DNA of 64,000 bases from assembly GCA_043743165.1 (NCBI GenBank), contig JAYTXA010000012.1, positions 66,357 through 130,356 on the forward strand, given 5' to 3'. Position 1 is the first letter of the stretch. Each line of letters begins with the position of its first letter. The notes under the pieces were generated by a model. That model had not been told where the DNA came from, made no database searches, and was given only the letters and a program-made list of their open reading frames with translations. Made by a program: the position numbers and the translations under genes. Of this stretch, positions 63,457-64,000 are shown one piece after another. Source of the DNA: Acidobacteriota bacterium. GTDB taxonomy: Bacteria > Acidobacteriota > Vicinamibacteria > Vicinamibacterales > CAVVIG01.

Positions 63457-64000
63457 CCCGGGCTGAGGCACGCCCCGTCGAATCGGCCGGTCGCCTCAGT
63501 GGTCCGGCGCGCATCTTCATCGGACTCACGCTCGGCATCGCCGTTGGCTACTTCTTCCCGACGTTCGCCGTCTCCATCCGCCCGCTGGCCGACATCTTCC
63601 TGCGGATGATCAAGATGATCGTCGCCCCGCTGCTGTTCTCGACCATCGTGGTCGGCATCGCCGGCAGCGGCGACCTGAAGTCGCTCGGGCGCATCGGCCT
63701 GAAAGCGATCATCTACTTCGAAGTGGCGACAACCGTGGCCCTGGTCATCGGGCTGGTGCTCGTGAACGTCTTCCAGCCGGGCGTGGGGCTGGCCGTGCCG
63801 CTCGGCGCCGACACGACCGCGGTGGCCGCCATGCCGCAGGCGCAGCAGCATGTGTGGGACATGCTCCTGCACCTGTTTCCGACGTCGGTCATCGACGCCA
63901 TGGCGCGCGGCGACATCCTGCAGGTGGTGGTCTTTGCCACCTTCTTCGGCGTCGCCGTGGCCGCCATCGGCGCGAAGGGCAAGGCCGTCTTCGACGTCAT
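63453..64000 (+). CDS. dicarboxylate/amino acid:cation symporter (DAACS, GltP/DctA-like), 5' part only
   Basis: GTG 63453 (GTGA overlap with the DegT-family gene). IFIGLTLGIAVGYFFP..FLRMIKMIVAPLLFSTIVVGIAG. No stop before the window end, so absent from the ORF track. Confidence 0.85.
   Translation, partial: MTRAEARPVESAGRLSGPARIFIGLTLGIAVGYFFPTFAVSIRPLADIFLRMIKMIVAPLLFSTIVVGIAGSGDLKSLGRIGLKAIIYFEVATTVALVIGLVLVNVFQPGVGLAVPLGADTTAVAAMPQAQQHVWDMLLHLFPTSVIDAMARGDILQVVVFATFFGVAVAAIGAKGKAVFDV

Overview
GC-rich, almost fully coding bacterial chromosome segment. The diderm gene set, the Ser/Thr-kinase/TolB-propeller fusion and the LPS genes suggest an Acidobacteriota-like organism, but this is inference only. 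I support about 60 protein genes, 3 tRNAs and several repeat and regulatory elements. I found no rRNA, CRISPR array, IS element or prophage. Content is mainly housekeeping: apbC; an M16 peptidase pair; an asd-lysC-dapB-dapA-M20 (lysine/aspartate pathway) operon; pyk; gap-pgk-tpiA-secG-tRNA-Leu; lipid A/core genes (waaA-lpxK-LpxL-like, then WaaF-like-gmhB-hldA-hldC-WaaC-like-ICMT-like); nadE; PBP1A; holB-PSP1-pdxA; smpB; an OMF-MFP-RND efflux operon; an octaheme cytochrome c; and an amino-acid ABC transporter. Many long ORFs in the track are GC-rich shadow frames or upstream read-through, so I trimmed starts by motif and neighbour logic. Items most worth a second look: (1) an unclassified terminator/antiterminator leader in front of asd-lysC; (2) an AlgI-type MBOAT protein in which both family-conserved histidines appear replaced; (3) an ICMT/Ste14-like methyltransferase ending the heptose/core operon (LmtA-like lipid A methylation candidate); (4) an orphan vapB with a 19-codon vapC stub, bracketed by inverted tandem 14-mers; (5) at least three families of short dispersed intergenic repeats; (6) several unannotated ORFs under 60 codons that are translationally coupled to larger genes. 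All function calls rest on motifs read by eye. No database search was run.
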